A stretch of DNA of 64,000 bases from Nitrosopumilaceae archaeon (lineage in GTDB: Archaea; Thermoproteota; Nitrososphaeria; Nitrososphaerales; Nitrosopumilaceae). The notes beneath the pieces are model-generated. The model saw only the letters and a list, made by a program, of their open reading frames with translations, was not told the DNA's origin and did no database searches. Shown here piece by piece: positions 28,179 through 42,455 of this stretch. Within the stretch, counting starts at the first letter, position 1; each line of letters starts with the position of its first letter. A program made the position numbers and the translations under genes. Location of the stretch: positions 320,001 through 384,000 of the forward strand of contig CBDBMG010000003.1 in NCBI GenBank assembly GCA_965207375.1, given 5' to 3'.

Positions 28179-29149
28179 CTTATCAATCGGAGTTTTTAAT
28201 GGTAGATACCTACCAAATATTTATTTTTAAGCCTAATATATAGGTACGTAGCTAAAAGCACCAAGCATAATGCCAGCATAATATGTTTGACTAAGTACGT
28301 ACGTATTAATACCAAAGATCGATTGGACAGTCATCGAGATTATTATTTTGTACAAGTGAATATACTCTAATGAAATAGTCACAGTTTATACGGTATATGT
28401 GACAGTAAAAAGTTATCATTTCTGTTTTATACAATTGTAAAAACATTGTAACTGTAACAATTTACGTATAAATCATTTTATTATGCAATAGTTTTTTCAG
28501 AGAACAATATGATGATGCAATCTGAAAAACTATTGCGCAATCATTTAAAAAGACGATTATGCAACCCTTAAGCCACACTCGCTATAGTTAACCCACGCAT
28601 ACATACGTACGTACTTATCCTCACCATTGGTTACCAAGGCCATACAAATGTTACTGTATGCGAAATGACAAGTAGTCTTCATCAAGCCTTAGCGCTGCTC
28701 AGTCAGCAAACTGGTAAATCGTATTTGTTGGGGGTGTCCCGTAATTTTTGCTACAAACCACATTGTTACGATTACTTAACAACCAGCCTTGAAGCCATAT
28801 GCAGTCCTAATTTGTGTAGCCACCTCTTTTTTATACTAATTGATGCCATAAGTAAATATTCCACTGTAAGGCCACTATTTGGTGAATGTTAGTTTCTCAT
28901 CCAAGAATTATTTTAGCAATGCGGGCGGATGGACATTACTATTATTCCATTATGCTTTTGTATTAAATAAAACAAGGAATCTTTATGTTTTTCAGTGAAA
29001 GCAATGTCCTATTGGTATAGCATTGATTCTAGCAATCGTTTGTAGCTATAGAGATCTACGTATGCAAGCATAGATATTTTGCACGTGTGACACAATTTCC
29101 ACTATTTGCCACGAGATCACACTTCTTTTTGTTATGCAGCAATTAATTA

Positions 29150-29842
29150 GGGAAGTAATAAAACCTGGACTGGACTCTGGACTGGATTCTAATATAGCTA
29201 TAGGCATGCTGCGTTGTGAGAATCTTTCTGCATACCATATTAAATGATCGAGACGATCAGTGCCTCATGACAGCATCCGATTGACAAGCGCTTGCTTTCT
29301 TGTGAGTACTGAAGTTCCAAAAGATGGGAATGGAGGGGTAGCTATAGAGCACCTCAACTTTTTAGCTTTCCACCTGGTATTGACATATACTACGTATCTA
29401 TGATATAATCATTATAAAGAATCAAAATACTCTAATAAAGCAGTCATTTATCCTTATACCAATGACAAGACTTTTTTGCTAGAGTCCATGCAGAGCAAAC
29501 TCGAGGGTGGGGGCTGCTTGCAGTAATTGGGTGCTCTATTGTATAGATGCTCTGTCCCTCTACTTTTAACTCTATAGCCCTACCCCTCCAGTCTCCACGT
29601 TCTGCAGCTTACGCACAAAACTAACTACGCCAGACTTTCCGGGCAAGCGTACGTATGTCAATCAGATTGTGGGGCACTCATCATCTCCAAAAGCCTCATT
29701 GCACATTGCACAGAAGGATTCTCCCAACACGGCTAATCTATGAGGTATGCTCAACCAGCATGCCTAGTTATAGCTATTAGGTGCAAAAATCATATTTACA
29801 ACACGGAATCCGGAATCTCCAGTCCAGGTTTTATCGCTTCCC
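29150..29842. mobile_element. GGG-ended non-autonomous TIR element (superfamily uncertain, possibly PIF/Harbinger)
   Basis: TIRs gggaagtaataaaacctggactgga / tccagtccaggttttatcgcttccc; TSD not clean. Confidence 0.6.
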
Positions 29843-30348
29843 AATAAATTAACATGTAAACAATCAAATGTGACATCTGGTGCACTTCTACAAAGGTATG
29901 TTGCATTTGTACACATGCCCAATGTGTATAATGACAATTGTGGCAGTTTCACAAAAAAGGATGCGGGTGGTAAAAAGGCCATGCGGGTGGTAGATGATAA
30001 ACATTCAACAAATAAGGGCCTTACTGACACATGATATGTTCAAACACTCAGTTTAGTGCTTACGTATTTCATGTATGATAAATCTCTGCAACAAAACATT
30101 GGAAAATACAAAATTGATCTACAAATACGTAGCACTGATAGGGCTACGTACTTTTAGTGGACACTTCTTCTTAGTTTTACAGGTACACAAAAGATGACGG
30201 TCATTAAGACTTTGGCTCAGAAGTCAATCTATCCATGATTGTTAGCGCTTGGAAAGTGTTTTGATCCAACTGGACACCTGATTAGACATTCTCTTCACAA
30301 AGTAGCAAATGTTACCCTCGACCGAGAGTGCCCGACGGATCAAAACTT

Positions 30349-30473
30349 CTATAGTTAGTATTTGCATGAGTAATAAGAATTACGTAAATTGAGTGATCCA
30401 ATAGGATAATTTCATTTTACATTTAACAATACATCATTATATTTTTGTCAATTAGTTAATGCAGCTGACAATA
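30349..30473 (+). other. Inverted 125-bp duplicate of the TOP2 intron 2 end and exon 3 start (51718-51842)
   Basis: Reverse-complement match with a single mismatch by eye. Confidence 0.9.
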
Positions 30474-33071
30474 CATTGTAAAACCCACAATTAGCTAAAT
30501 GTCACATGTTAAAATATAAAAGAAGAGGCTAAACCTTGATAAATGATAATAAAATGCCCAATAAATATGTATAGAATTTTTGCAAGGTCTGAAAAGGACA
30601 CACAATGATCAAAACAATGGTTACTATGGTAATCAGTTCATTGTATAATATAGAAAACTCATCATTGTAATATTTTGTTTAAAATTTGACTGGTTTTAAC
30701 CTATTTGTTTTAAAGTGGGTCAGTAGTTATTGGCCTGGTTCTTTCTATTGATCCATTTTAATATTGGTGAATTTATTTTGTACTGATGAAATCGATGTGA
30801 TTGGATAGTCACCGTCTGATTGTCTGATGAAAAGTACTGTATGGTTCAGCCAAGCCAGTACTAGCCATCAGTTGGTCAGCTTTCCTGTTACCTTACATCT
30901 TCCGGCAGGGTGTTTAATGCTAGTCAACATGCAAAGAAGAGGGTGTGGCCACACAAGACTAGTTACTACTGTACAATACCTATAGCTATCCCTTTAAAAG
31001 GATACTCTAACAAAATTGGTCAACCCGTCGTAAAACTGATTAACCAGTTTAAAGTCAGTCATGAATTTTAAATCAGGTCATGACATTTACGGTAGTGAGC
31101 AGTTAAATGACCATCTGTTGTTATGGATTCTTGATATTGTGCATACCATAGTCTAAATACATTTAGCTGTGTGTGTATTTATATAATGAGTGTATGTTCT
31201 ATTGTAGCCAATACGGATTATGTGATAGCAGCTACAAATATTTTGACTGGGCAGTTAATGATTTAGTCATTGATCGGCAACACTCTGACTACCAGCCGTG
31301 TGGACCACTGTTTGATCAAGTGTCGACCAGTTCATTCCAGAAATACTTCAAACCTCCTGAGTCACGATTGAACATTCAACAAAAAGCTTATTAAAATGTC
31401 CTATATTAATGTTGTACAATAGCTGCAATGAAAATACACTAAACATTAATTTTCTATGCTATAATAAAAATTCATTGTAGGGGCAGAGTATTATAAATTG
31501 ATACATTGTGTTCCTCTACCATCTTCTTGCCATCTCCTTGTGACCTTTTTGGTTGTTGGATTACCGGCTATCTTTCAGATAGTGCAGTCTTGTATTTTAT
31601 TAAATTCGTGTGTTGATTCTGTTTACCTTGATTTGCTGTTTGTGTACTACAAAAGACAAAACTTTTGTGGTTTTCGCAAATTTTCAATAAATCGTGAAAA
31701 GATTTCCCTACTAATTTCAATACATGAATGTTGTTTTTGTCCTTATTTGGAAAAGTTTTCTCTACATTATGAGTGAACCCAATAAACCACAAAAATTTTA
31801 TCATTTATGGTATTTCAGTTGCTTTACTTGTAATTCATCCACAAATGATTGTTGGAACTGTTTAATCATTGAAACTTGGCTAATATCAAGAATAGAATTT
31901 CTATGCTACACCATATGTTTGTAACTTTAAATTCATTACTTATCGTAAGAGAACCTCTGGATGATAAGGCTGAATGTGATGTGCATACATCCTGAAAGTA
32001 CTTTTAATTACCAACTTTATGATACCTTATCAACTGTAGAACATAACAAGTACTTAGGAACAGTAACCGTCCAGCCCACCTGTGCATTCATTATTATTAT
32101 TATTATTAACTAATTGACATAATTATGTACACTCTAGGGATACAAAGAATGGGAGCGAAGGAATCTGATCCCTGAGTCACCTTCAGCCATTCCTCCATTG
32201 AGTTCTGTTGTAACTTTAAGTCATTACATGTCATGGGAGAACCCCTGTATGATGAAGCTGAATGTATCCAAATGTCATGCATACATCCCAGGTGATCAGA
32301 AGTAAAACTACTTTAACTGCCAACTTCATGTTCAAAACTTATCAACTAGATCATTAAAAGTACGTACTTAGGAGTATCCATCCAATATATCAGAAATTGT
32401 ATGCATATAGAGTAAACCACTCTCATTCACAGCAGGCAGCAGAATGGGGAGGTACACTGGAGCCATCACAAAATGTGTCTTGCTAGTTTATTGTGTCCCC
32501 ATGCACACTCTTGAGTAAATTTACTCCGCCTGTTCTCATAAATATTTTGAAACAACATGCAACATGTGAACAAGTTAGGGAAGAGCTTACTGTAACTAAG
32601 GCTACGGTAATTGCTGGAATAATTTTTAGCATAATCGATATCATATAATCATACAAAGCAATTCTAGCATTATGCTTGCACTAATCATGATCAATACTAC
32701 AATGTTGCAGGACCTTTGTCACAGAAGATAGATCAATTATACTAATGCCATACAGTATGCATTTCATTAAAGCTACACTGTTCGTTATTCTAATAGAGCA
32801 GTCAGATATATCTTGTGTCACTTTAATAGAGCAGTCAGATGTTAGTGTAGTCTTGTAGGCAGAGATCCAGATTTCAATGCCAAACACAGCCAGATATATA
32901 TGCACTAAAATAATTAATGCCATGATAATAGTAGGAATCCCTGGAGATGATCAATGAGCTCAGCAAGAAGATATTTCATCTCTACATGTTGTACTATGAT
33001 GCAATAATAAACCACAATGTTTCTGAATATGTATGCTTATTGTTTTGTCTCTTAATATGCATACACATGGA

Positions 33072-33425
33072 TAGGGACCGGCCTATTATGCTGATTTTTT
33101 TACCTATTATGCTATGCTGCAGTGCTCAAATTTTTGACCTATTATGCTCATATTATGCTCATGTGAAAGATTTGTGTTTAGGAATATGGACTGTTTTATT
33201 AGAGTATATTCACTTGTACCATAAAATATTTAACATGGTGACTGTTCTATTAGAATATATCTAAGTTCTACACAGCAATAATTATGATGAGTGTTCTATT
33301 AGAGTATATTGACCATTAATAATGTTTTTAGACAAATAACACTTCCTATTATGCTGGCATTATACTTGATGCTTTTAGCTACCTATTATGCTCAAAATTA
33401 TGTTTGCATAATCGGCTGGTCCCTA
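33072..33425. mobile_element. hAT-type MITE (TAGGGACC ends)
   Basis: TIRs tagggaccggcctattatgc / gcataatcggctggtcccta; perfect 8-bp TSD CACATGGA. Confidence 0.85.
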
Positions 33426-33899
33426 CACATGGAGCTATAAAGACTGTTTTAATAGAGTATAATATAATAGTGACTGTTTTATTAGAGTATTTCATTTTCT
33501 GTGACACTCATGACTGGTATTGAGTCTATTGACTACCAGCTGTGTGTATCACTGCTTGAGATCAAATGTCAACCAGAAATACAGATCTTCAAATCTTGTC
33601 ATTGTAATATTGTTTCAATCATGTATTGCTAATTGCTGCAGTTAGTTTAATGATATATTTGCAGTTATCCCTGCAAAGAAGTTATTTAATTAAGAAATTT
33701 TTACTTTGTAGTCATCCCTGCAAAAGAATATATTGGTTTTTGCTTTGCAGTCTTCCCTGGCTGCTAAATGAACAGCTTTTATATAGTCTATGTGCGTCAA
33801 TATTGCAGGTATTGTAACATACAGTAGACATTTAAGTATCTACTGAAAGGAATATTATCATGCATGCTGGTATTTACGTTTTCACCTAAACTCTGGGCG

Positions 33900-34060
33900 A
33901 AAGAAACTCAAGCCTAATTCATTTGTAAACTAGTTAGTGGAAGAGCTCACTGCACTATGATGTACCTTGATCAGAGCTAGCAAATTAGAATATGCTGCCT
34001 CTCAGTCTGCTTGGTCTCCTTGGCAGATGAGAGACAAGACAATGTTAGAGAAAATTTGAT
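33900..34060 (+). pseudogene. Old CR1/L2-type LINE ORF2 C-terminal remnant
   Basis: KLEYAASQSAWSPWQMRDKTMLEKI resembles ILEYASVVWAPHTKCLITMLEKIQ in the LINE at 41.9 kb. Confidence 0.55.
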
Positions 34061-34866
34061 GCCAAAATTATAGCTACCGTTGTAATCATGATAACACCTA
34101 TGATAGGATCCCTGCAGGAGGAAATTTCATCTCCATGCATCCTGTATTTATAATACTAGCTGTAGTGCTCATGAGTAAGACCTTATATACATACGCGGGG
34201 GTGAACGAGGGGTCCGCCACCTCTGAAAACCACAAATATTCGGCTACCAGAATATTGCAGTAACTAGGTAGCTATCTGTGAATAGGTGTAAATAAAGCAT
34301 AACCGTTGAAAAGTTCACGGGCCTCGAAACGAGTCCAAAGTTCAGCACTGAAACTTGGTAAGGCTGAAGTTTACTTGTGGAGGTGGGGCTAAGCAAGATT
34401 TATTATCGCGCATAAGACTAGTCTCGCGAGCCAGACCGCTTTTATTTGTGGTGGCTTTATTTTTTAAGAGTCCGGCGCGCGAGATAACGTAAACACCGGG
34501 TAAGAACGCTATAAAAGAGAAATGTGACTAATGTATGCCGTATGCGCGTATCTGATACAAGAGTCACGTGGGATTGTGTGGAAAAGAAAGTGATTAAAAA
34601 CGTGCTTATTGCCAAGATGGATGAACAGTGGGCCTTGTTGTGAGAGGTGAGTTTTTAAGAATACGGTCCTTATATATTTTGTATGTGTACGCATGGGAAA
34701 GAAACCACTTGGTTTTGTAGTAAAGATCGGAGTTTTTCATTGCTTTGGGGAGGAAATCTTGTAGCAAGACGTTTCTTTAATTAGAATTGTACAATATAGC
34801 AGCTGATGTGTAATGTAATCATTTTATATATAATTGTGTGTCCATGGCAGATATTGATAGGGGAGG

Positions 34867-35248
34867 CAGGGGCGGATCCAGGGGGGTCTTTGGGATCTCG
34901 AGACCCCCCTCCAGAAATATATCAGGGAAGCCAAAAGAATGATGTATTGGTATAAAACACACTAAAATGTATTATTTCTTGAATTAAGTGAATTTTCAGT
35001 ACTTTATGAGATAAAACAACCTATATCTTCCAAGGGGTTGCACCCACCACGCCCCCTACTCCATATTTGGCTTAAAACTTCTTTGTATTTACTTAAATAT
35101 GCTCTAAATCTTGGATTAGGCATGATTTTGGTGTTATATTACTAAAAAAACCCATAGCGTCTGGGGGGCTGTGCCCCCCAGACCCCCTGCTTCAGAGATC
35201 ACCTCTATTTTCAGACCCCCCTCTCGGAAAATCCTGGATCCGCCCCTG
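34867..35248. mobile_element. CAGGGGCGGATCCAG MITE, copy 2
   Basis: Same TIRs and body as 12980-13391; 6-bp TSD GGGAGG. Confidence 0.9.
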
Positions 35249-35291
35249 GGGAGGGCTACTGAACAGTAGACCTCTTAGGCAGGGAGTCTGG

Positions 35292-35385
<94 letters not shown>

Positions 35386-38300
35386 ATGTCATAGCCATGG
35401 AGATGGAAGTAAATTCGGTTTGTGTTTAACAGCTATGAGCATGTGTGTAAGTTTTGGTTACTGGTATGGAACACTACATTTTGCAAACTGAAATTTAGAG
35501 AAGTGTAATGGAAATCCTGAAAAGTGCCATTCCATATTCCGCTCTAGATGATGTCCAGTTTCCTGTTCTGTACCAGTCCATGAGTCCAGTCTTCAAAAAT
35601 ACAGTAGGCCACTTTGTACCACAATTTGAATACTTGAAGCCACCATCAAATCTCTAATATGAGCAACACTGATATCCCTGAAATGGTTTTTATAAGAAGG
35701 TGTGTATGTATAATGTGTTAACTGCCTCAATTTTATCACCATCTGAAAGTTATTGGATATCAGTTACACACTTGCAACAGTGCTTTAACTAATACAGATG
35801 GCATAGTTACCAATTTAACATTATAGGCCCCTTGAGGCCTTCCAGCCATTGCAAACCATTTGACTTGGAAAATACAGCACGAGGGGGCATGTCGAGAGAC
35901 CAATTCACCGAGTGCTGTATTTGTCTTGAGATCTCCCAAGTGCTGTATTTTTGTACACACGAGCTTAGGAGGTGCTTTAACTGTTGTATAGTATTTCCAG
36001 CAGTCTTGCCAGGTTCAGCCGCCACAGAGCAGATTATGGAGCACGGTGATTCAAGTTATGGAACCGCTGTTCATCAAACTACCAATCCTGAACTAGGCAC
36101 CAATCCAAAGTATGTAGCTGTAAATTTCTAATGGTAGGGGTGTCAGTGTCGTGATCAACACATAAATCAACAACACAACTGGTAGGCTCACTGAATGACC
36201 ATTAGTGTCAGCTAGCTATCGACACACAAACATAAGGTGGTGCACCATGTGAGCACAAAGAACTTGTTTTTACAGATAAGCACTGAATGGATTTAGTTGA
36301 AATCAGTTATAGTTACTGTGTTCATCATTCTGGCAGAATTTCACACCTACAACAACAACAAATTATGCAAATGGTTTCCATAATAGATTTATTTTCCAAA
36401 TAATATATATTTTCTGCCTTGCAACTTTATGGAAAATATAGCACATCTTTTGTCTTTGATCCTCCCATGCAAAATACTTTTATATCCAGTTAAGAGTTTA
36501 TAATATATACTAATCTGTAGTAGAAATAATGTGTACATACACATGCACATATCAAAGTGTTTGATATATTTGACTGGCACAAAATTTGATAGGGAATTAT
36601 TTGTTTTTTTGGTATGTGTGCTTGATGGTTTGTTTGTGCGCATGTGTACGTGCATGAATCAAAATTAGTTTACGCGAAGAAACTTGCTGTCTAGTTATGA
36701 CTGAAATTAATAAATTGTATGCATGTGAGCACAATTATAAATTATTACATAAAATAGATGATCATGTGAGTTTGTACACTGTTTCTTTTGAGTACTTCAA
36801 CTTCAAGGAGCATGGCTTTAGTTGATGCTATTGTAGTAATGGAACTTTTATGACTGTTGGATGTAGTAAGTTTGGCTTGACGGTGACATTAGAGAAGGAA
36901 AAGGTTGAAGTGAGCTGTACTTTATTAGCTGTACTCAATGTGCTCGTTACACTATATGTTGCACAATGTGCTTGGTATTCTATATGTTGCTCAATAAGTT
37001 CGACATTCTATGGATTACTCAATGGACTTGGGTATCGCTGAAGTTGGGGAAATTGGCTGCAGAGATGCTGCTTGATAAGGTAAACAGACACTTAAGCTTG
37101 TGACATACTGGCCATAGTGACTTATAAAGATCACGATATCATGAAGTAGAATGCTGATGCACTAGCTTGGTCAGGCACTTCACTTAGCCACGTCCTGGGC
37201 TGCCCAATATTCCCCAAATTAAGCCAATCATGCACCCCGGGCTTGGGTAACCCAGCATAATAAGGATGTTAAACATAATTAAGTAGGCACCTGTAACGTT
37301 TTTCAGGCATCTGAAAAGCAAGGACAGGTTGATTTATATTAAATAAACTATATACTTGCGCAAGTAAGCTATAAAAAGCAAACAAACTAGAATAATTAAA
37401 AAGTAAGTAGGGATCGATTTTTCACTGCTACAAAAAGTAAGGAAACAAGGAAAAAGATTTTGGCACAAGAGAACACTAAACATTCTGGCATGATAAAAGT
37501 TTAATCCCTACTTTTGGCTTGATCATACCTATAGTTTGTTCACGTTCACCTGGTGGTTGAGCTAGCAGAAATGAAGCCATTTAAGATCAAAGCATTTTCG
37601 ACATATGTATTCTAACATCACTATTTTAATTATGCGTGACATGTGCGCATAAACGTAAACTGCTCACATTTGCAAAAACACCAAGATGCATACTATACTG
37701 TTTTAAAGGAAGAAAAGTGCTTACACGTATGTTTTAATGAAATATATATCAATAAACCAAGAATGGCAAGGTTAAATAAGTTTTAGTGTGAACGGTAAAA
37801 TTAAAACGAATTGGAAAATTGCTTATTACATATAGCGCTATAGTTGTAATAGATTTACTGTACCTTTAGAGGTATCTTCGAGCGAACAATTCACCATTAG
37901 TGACAAAAATGTATAGAGCTTATTATTATTGACGATACACTGGCAGGACTTTACCACAAATACGTAACGAACATGTATCAACTTGGTAACTTCAAAGGAC
38001 TGTCACGAAATATTTGGTCCGGGTACATAAGTGGTCCGGCTGGACCAATTATGTCGAACATAAATGGTCCCCCCGGACCATTTATGTTGTCAAAAGTGGT
38101 CCGGTCAAAACATAAATGGTCCAGGTGAACAAACAATAAATTCTGCTCACAGTAAATGACAGCAAGCATTAGCTATAGGTATAAATAGTATGCTATGATT
38201 TACAGGATGGTGCTGCTGAGACAACATGACACGAACGCTGCACTGGCGAAAATATAGCTTTCAGTCTGTTCACCAAACCTAATACCGCAAGGTCGCGCGT

Positions 38301-39460
38301 AGCTATACGGAGAGTTTTCCATATATGAAAAAAGCTATCGTTTCAAGCTTTCGTTTCGTAAAAACCCATCGCTTATAAGTCCAGGTAAACCTGCTTACTG
38401 CTAAAGCACACATAAAATCATTTTGAATAAGATTGAAAAGCTGTCAACAATAAAGATTTCCCCAGGCGTCACCATAGATACGAGAAATATTTGATTGTGG
38501 GTTTAAGTTTGTACAAGAGTGTTTGTCACAGTATAATGGCTTGGGACTAAACAGTCTTGATTTTAATATATATAGCCAGAGCTATCAGCGATTTTGTACT
38601 ATTAAGCTAGAAAGGTTAGTTTATAATATACTGAGTATAAGTTAAATAGGGATTGGTAAGAAATTGTACGGCTTCAGGAAAATTTTGCGCTTTAAAAATC
38701 AACCTTGCAATAGGCTTTACCCGAAAAAACCAGCTGGAATGCATTGGTAAGGCTGTAATGATGCTGTACCTTGGTTAAACGAAGCGACAAGTCGAATATT
38801 TCGACCTACAGCCAACTTTGAAAATTTCGAAATTCACCTGTATTTCGTCTGCCAGCCAGCCAGCTGTAAGACCGGGTTGCGCTAGGTGTAGGGCTCCAGA
38901 AATTTCACACAATAAAGGTAATGGCGGCGGATTTACGAAAATGTTATTCCGAAGACGATTTACCACTGTGCCATGGCGATTCCCTTTATCCTTCTTTCCT
39001 TTCCTTGTTCTTCTTTATTCCTTAGCAAGGTGCGAATCTCACCGAAGGTGACGATAGCCTGTAACGGCTTCTGCTTATTATGTCACACAAAAACCTGGCT
39101 TGCACGTGATATAATTAGTTACAGTGGCACGATATTTGTGCATGTACTTTATTACATCGTGAACTTCGAGATTATAGTCTTGGACAAATAGCTTTTGCTG
39201 TTTTTCGAGTGTTATTTGCTATCACACAGCTGCTTTGCCATGTAAGCGTGTTGTTAACAAGCGCCTGTAAACAAGCATAATTATTACGTAAGCGCCTGTA
39301 ACATTTTGTGCCTGCTGAAAGATTATTATGAATGCTTAGCATGTATAAAAAAAGCAAACAAACTAGAATGATAAACAAGTTGACGTATTACCATCTAAAA
39401 ACCAGGCGCTTTGTGTAAGTTAAACCACTGTTAATCTACTGTTATTCAATGTATTGTAAT

Positions 39461-42395
39461 TGTTCGAAAGCACAGAGATAATGCTCCAGCTGATGTCAAT
39501 AACTCTTCCTCTGCTTCTGGGTCTAACAGAAATGGCAGCAGGACTGCCTCCTGATAATTCGCTAAATCCATATAGTGTATTTAAATTATTTGTGATTAAC
39601 TGTAGAGGTCTCAAATCCAAAAAGGATTCATTCGTTCACCTGATCCACTCACAATCACCTCATTTTATAGCTGGCACTGAATCTTGGCTGGATTCTACTA
39701 CCCTTTCTAATGAAATTTTTCCTGTTAATTATCAGGTTTTTCGAAACGATAGATCAGATGGTTATGGTGGGGTATTCTTTGCTTGTCATAACACCATTGA
39801 CTGTAGTCAAGTTACTTTTACAAGCCCTTGTGAGGTTATTATTTGCAAGGTAGAGATGATTAATAGTAAAGTTTTGATCGTTGTTACCGCTTATAGACCA
39901 CCCAACCGAGACCTTGTATATATGCAAAACCTCTGCCAACTTATTTCAGAAATACATAGTAAATACAAAAATGCTGTAATTTGGATCACTGGTGATTTCA
40001 ATTTACCTGATATTAATTGGAGTCTCAATTCCGTTACCAACAATTCTTACCCATTAGATATTAGTACTTTATTAATTGATGAATTTAATTCTGGTGGTTT
40101 TATTCAGATGGTTAGTCAACCAACAAGAGGAAATAACATCTTAGATTTGTTTGCCACTAACAGACCTTCATTAGTTGAGCATACAGAAGTTATCCCAGGA
40201 ATAAGTGACCATGAAATTGTGTCTGTTAAATTAACATTATCGGTAACAGTTAATAAACCTAAAGTGCATAACGTGTACTTGTGGAATAGAGCAGACTTCC
40301 AAGATATTAATGATGTGATAACTCAGTTTTCTAATACCTTCTTATCTGATAATTCTGTTGATACTCCAGTTCAGGAACTATGGGATTCTTTTAAGACTAT
40401 GTGCCAAAAGTGCTTAGAATTGGTTCCACGTAAATCTCTTTCTAGCTCTATTAAATATCCTTGGATAACAACACAAATCAAACGGCTCTCTAATAAAAAG
40501 CGGCGCTTGTACAATCGTGCTCGCTATTCTGGCCTTCAGTCTGATTGGTTGGCATATTACGACTTGAAGAAATTTGTGCAACATGAATGTCGTAAGGCTC
40601 ATGATACATATGTGGCAGATTTGCTAACCTCTAACAATGGTCACATTAATAAACGTTTCTGGACATACATTAAAGGAAAAAGAAATGAGCAATGCGGAGT
40701 TCCATCCTTAGTGAAAAATCATTATACTTTTTCAGATAATACATCAAAGGCTAATATATTAAATAATCAGTTTTCCTCGGTATTCACTACAGATAATGAT
40801 TGCTCCACCATGTTTGATGGTCACCCATATCCAGCCATCCCCACCATTCAAATTGATACACTCGGAGTGACCAGTTTGTTGAGCAATCTGGATCCACACA
40901 AGGCACCCGGCCCTGACGGAATCCCTCCAAGGCTCCTGAAGGAAACATCTAGCAGTATTGCTCCTGTACTTACTCTTATATATAAAGCTTCCTTAAATCA
41001 AGGCAAGCTTCCTAGTGATTGGAAAAGAGCATTTGTCGTACCAATTTTTAAGAAAGGTTCCCGGACTGATCCCTCAAACTATCGACCTATATCCCTGACT
41101 TGTATTTGTTGCAAACTTTTAGAGCATATAATTTCCTCTGCAATATCTACTCAGGCCAACCACCATAACATTATATGCAAACAGCAACATGGATTTAGAA
41201 AAAACCGCTCATGTGAGACTCAACTATTGGAAACTGTCAATGATCTTGCCTTGTCTTTGAATGCTGGTGAACACATAGATTTTATTTAACTCGATTTTTC
41301 AAAGGCGTTTGATAAAGTGTCTCACAATTGCCTGTTGTATAAACTATCTTATTATGGTATTAATGGAGAGCTTTTTGACTGGATAAGTGATTTTTTAACC
41401 AATAGACATCAGGAGGTTATATTAAACAATATCCATAGTGATCCATGCAAAGTCCTGTCTGGAGTTCCTCAGGGTTCGGTTTTAGGCCCATTGCTTTTTC
41501 TGTTGTTTATCAATGATTTACCGGACAATATTTCATCAAGCATAAGATTGTATGCTGACGATGTTATAATCTACAGATCTATTTACTCTAATGAAGATGT
41601 GATACACTTGCAAATGGATCTTGACACTTTATCAAAGTGGGCACTTGATTGGCACATAACATTTAACTTAGATAAATGTGAACATTTGGTCATCACTAAT
41701 ATCCGCTCTCCATTGTGCTCTGAGTATAAAATTAATGACCATAGTATTTGCAAGGTGTCTAATGCAAAATATCTGGGGGTCACAATTAATCATAATCTTT
41801 CCTGGGCTAATCACATTGGAACAATTAGTCGAAAGGCTAATGCAGTACATGGATTCTTGCAGAGGAACTTAAGAAAATGCTCTACATCAATCAAGTCATT
41901 GGCATACTTTACGTACGTGAGGCCCATTTTAGAATATGCATCAGTCGTCTGGGCACCTCATACCAAGTGTCTTATTACAATGTTAGAAAAAATTCAACGC
42001 AGGGCTGCACGTTTTGTGTGTAATAATTATTCCAGATACAACAGTGTTACCGACATGCTCAACTTGTTGAATTGGCAATCTTTAGAACAAAGAAGGAATC
42101 AAGTTAAATCTATTATGTTTTACAAAATTATAAACAACATAGTCTCTGTTAACCTTCACCAATACTTACAACCATCAGTAGCCATCACACGAGGGCATCA
42201 TTTAAGGTTTATTCAATTGCAGGCAAGAGTAGATGTTTACCTTCATTCATTTTTGCCATCAACTATACGTTTGTGGAACTCTCTGCCAGCCAACATGGTA
42301 TCATCACTTACCATTGATAACTTCAAAAACAAACTAACATCAATTAATTAATACATGCACATTATACTCTGCATAGAGGTCTGTGCATAATTATA
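39461..42395 (+). mobile_element. CR1/L2-clade non-LTR retrotransposon, 5'-truncated
   Basis: APE plus RT ORF2 and a short 3' UTR; the 5' junction falls in a probable ORF1 tail (IVRKHRD...RTAS*). Confidence 0.9.
39481..42351 (+). pseudogene. LINE ORF2 (AP endonuclease + reverse transcriptase) with one in-frame stop at 41287-41289
   Basis: INCRG, TESWL, YRPP, GDFN, LDL, SDH (APE); KAPGPDG, YRPISL, QHGFR, I*LDFSKAFD, GVPQGSVLGP, YADD, YLGV (RT). The two track ORFs are in the same frame. Confidence 0.92.
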
Positions 42396-42455
42396 AACCA
42401 AGTACTAAGAATAATACAAATTGCGGTTAAAAGTGACGTCAAAACTGGGCGTATA

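Noticed and set aside
34600-34655. First coding exon (ATG at ~34617 with GTGAGT donor)
   Set aside because: An in-frame stop precedes the donor and no downstream exons were identified.
35760-36131. Overlapping 66-99 aa ORFs
   Set aside because: No recognisable domain; the region contains short aaatacagcac inverted motifs typical of repeat DNA.
36780-37290. Candidate next TOP2 exon on the minus strand
   Set aside because: No TOP2 C-gate similarity in any frame and several stops; at most a decayed unrelated exon.
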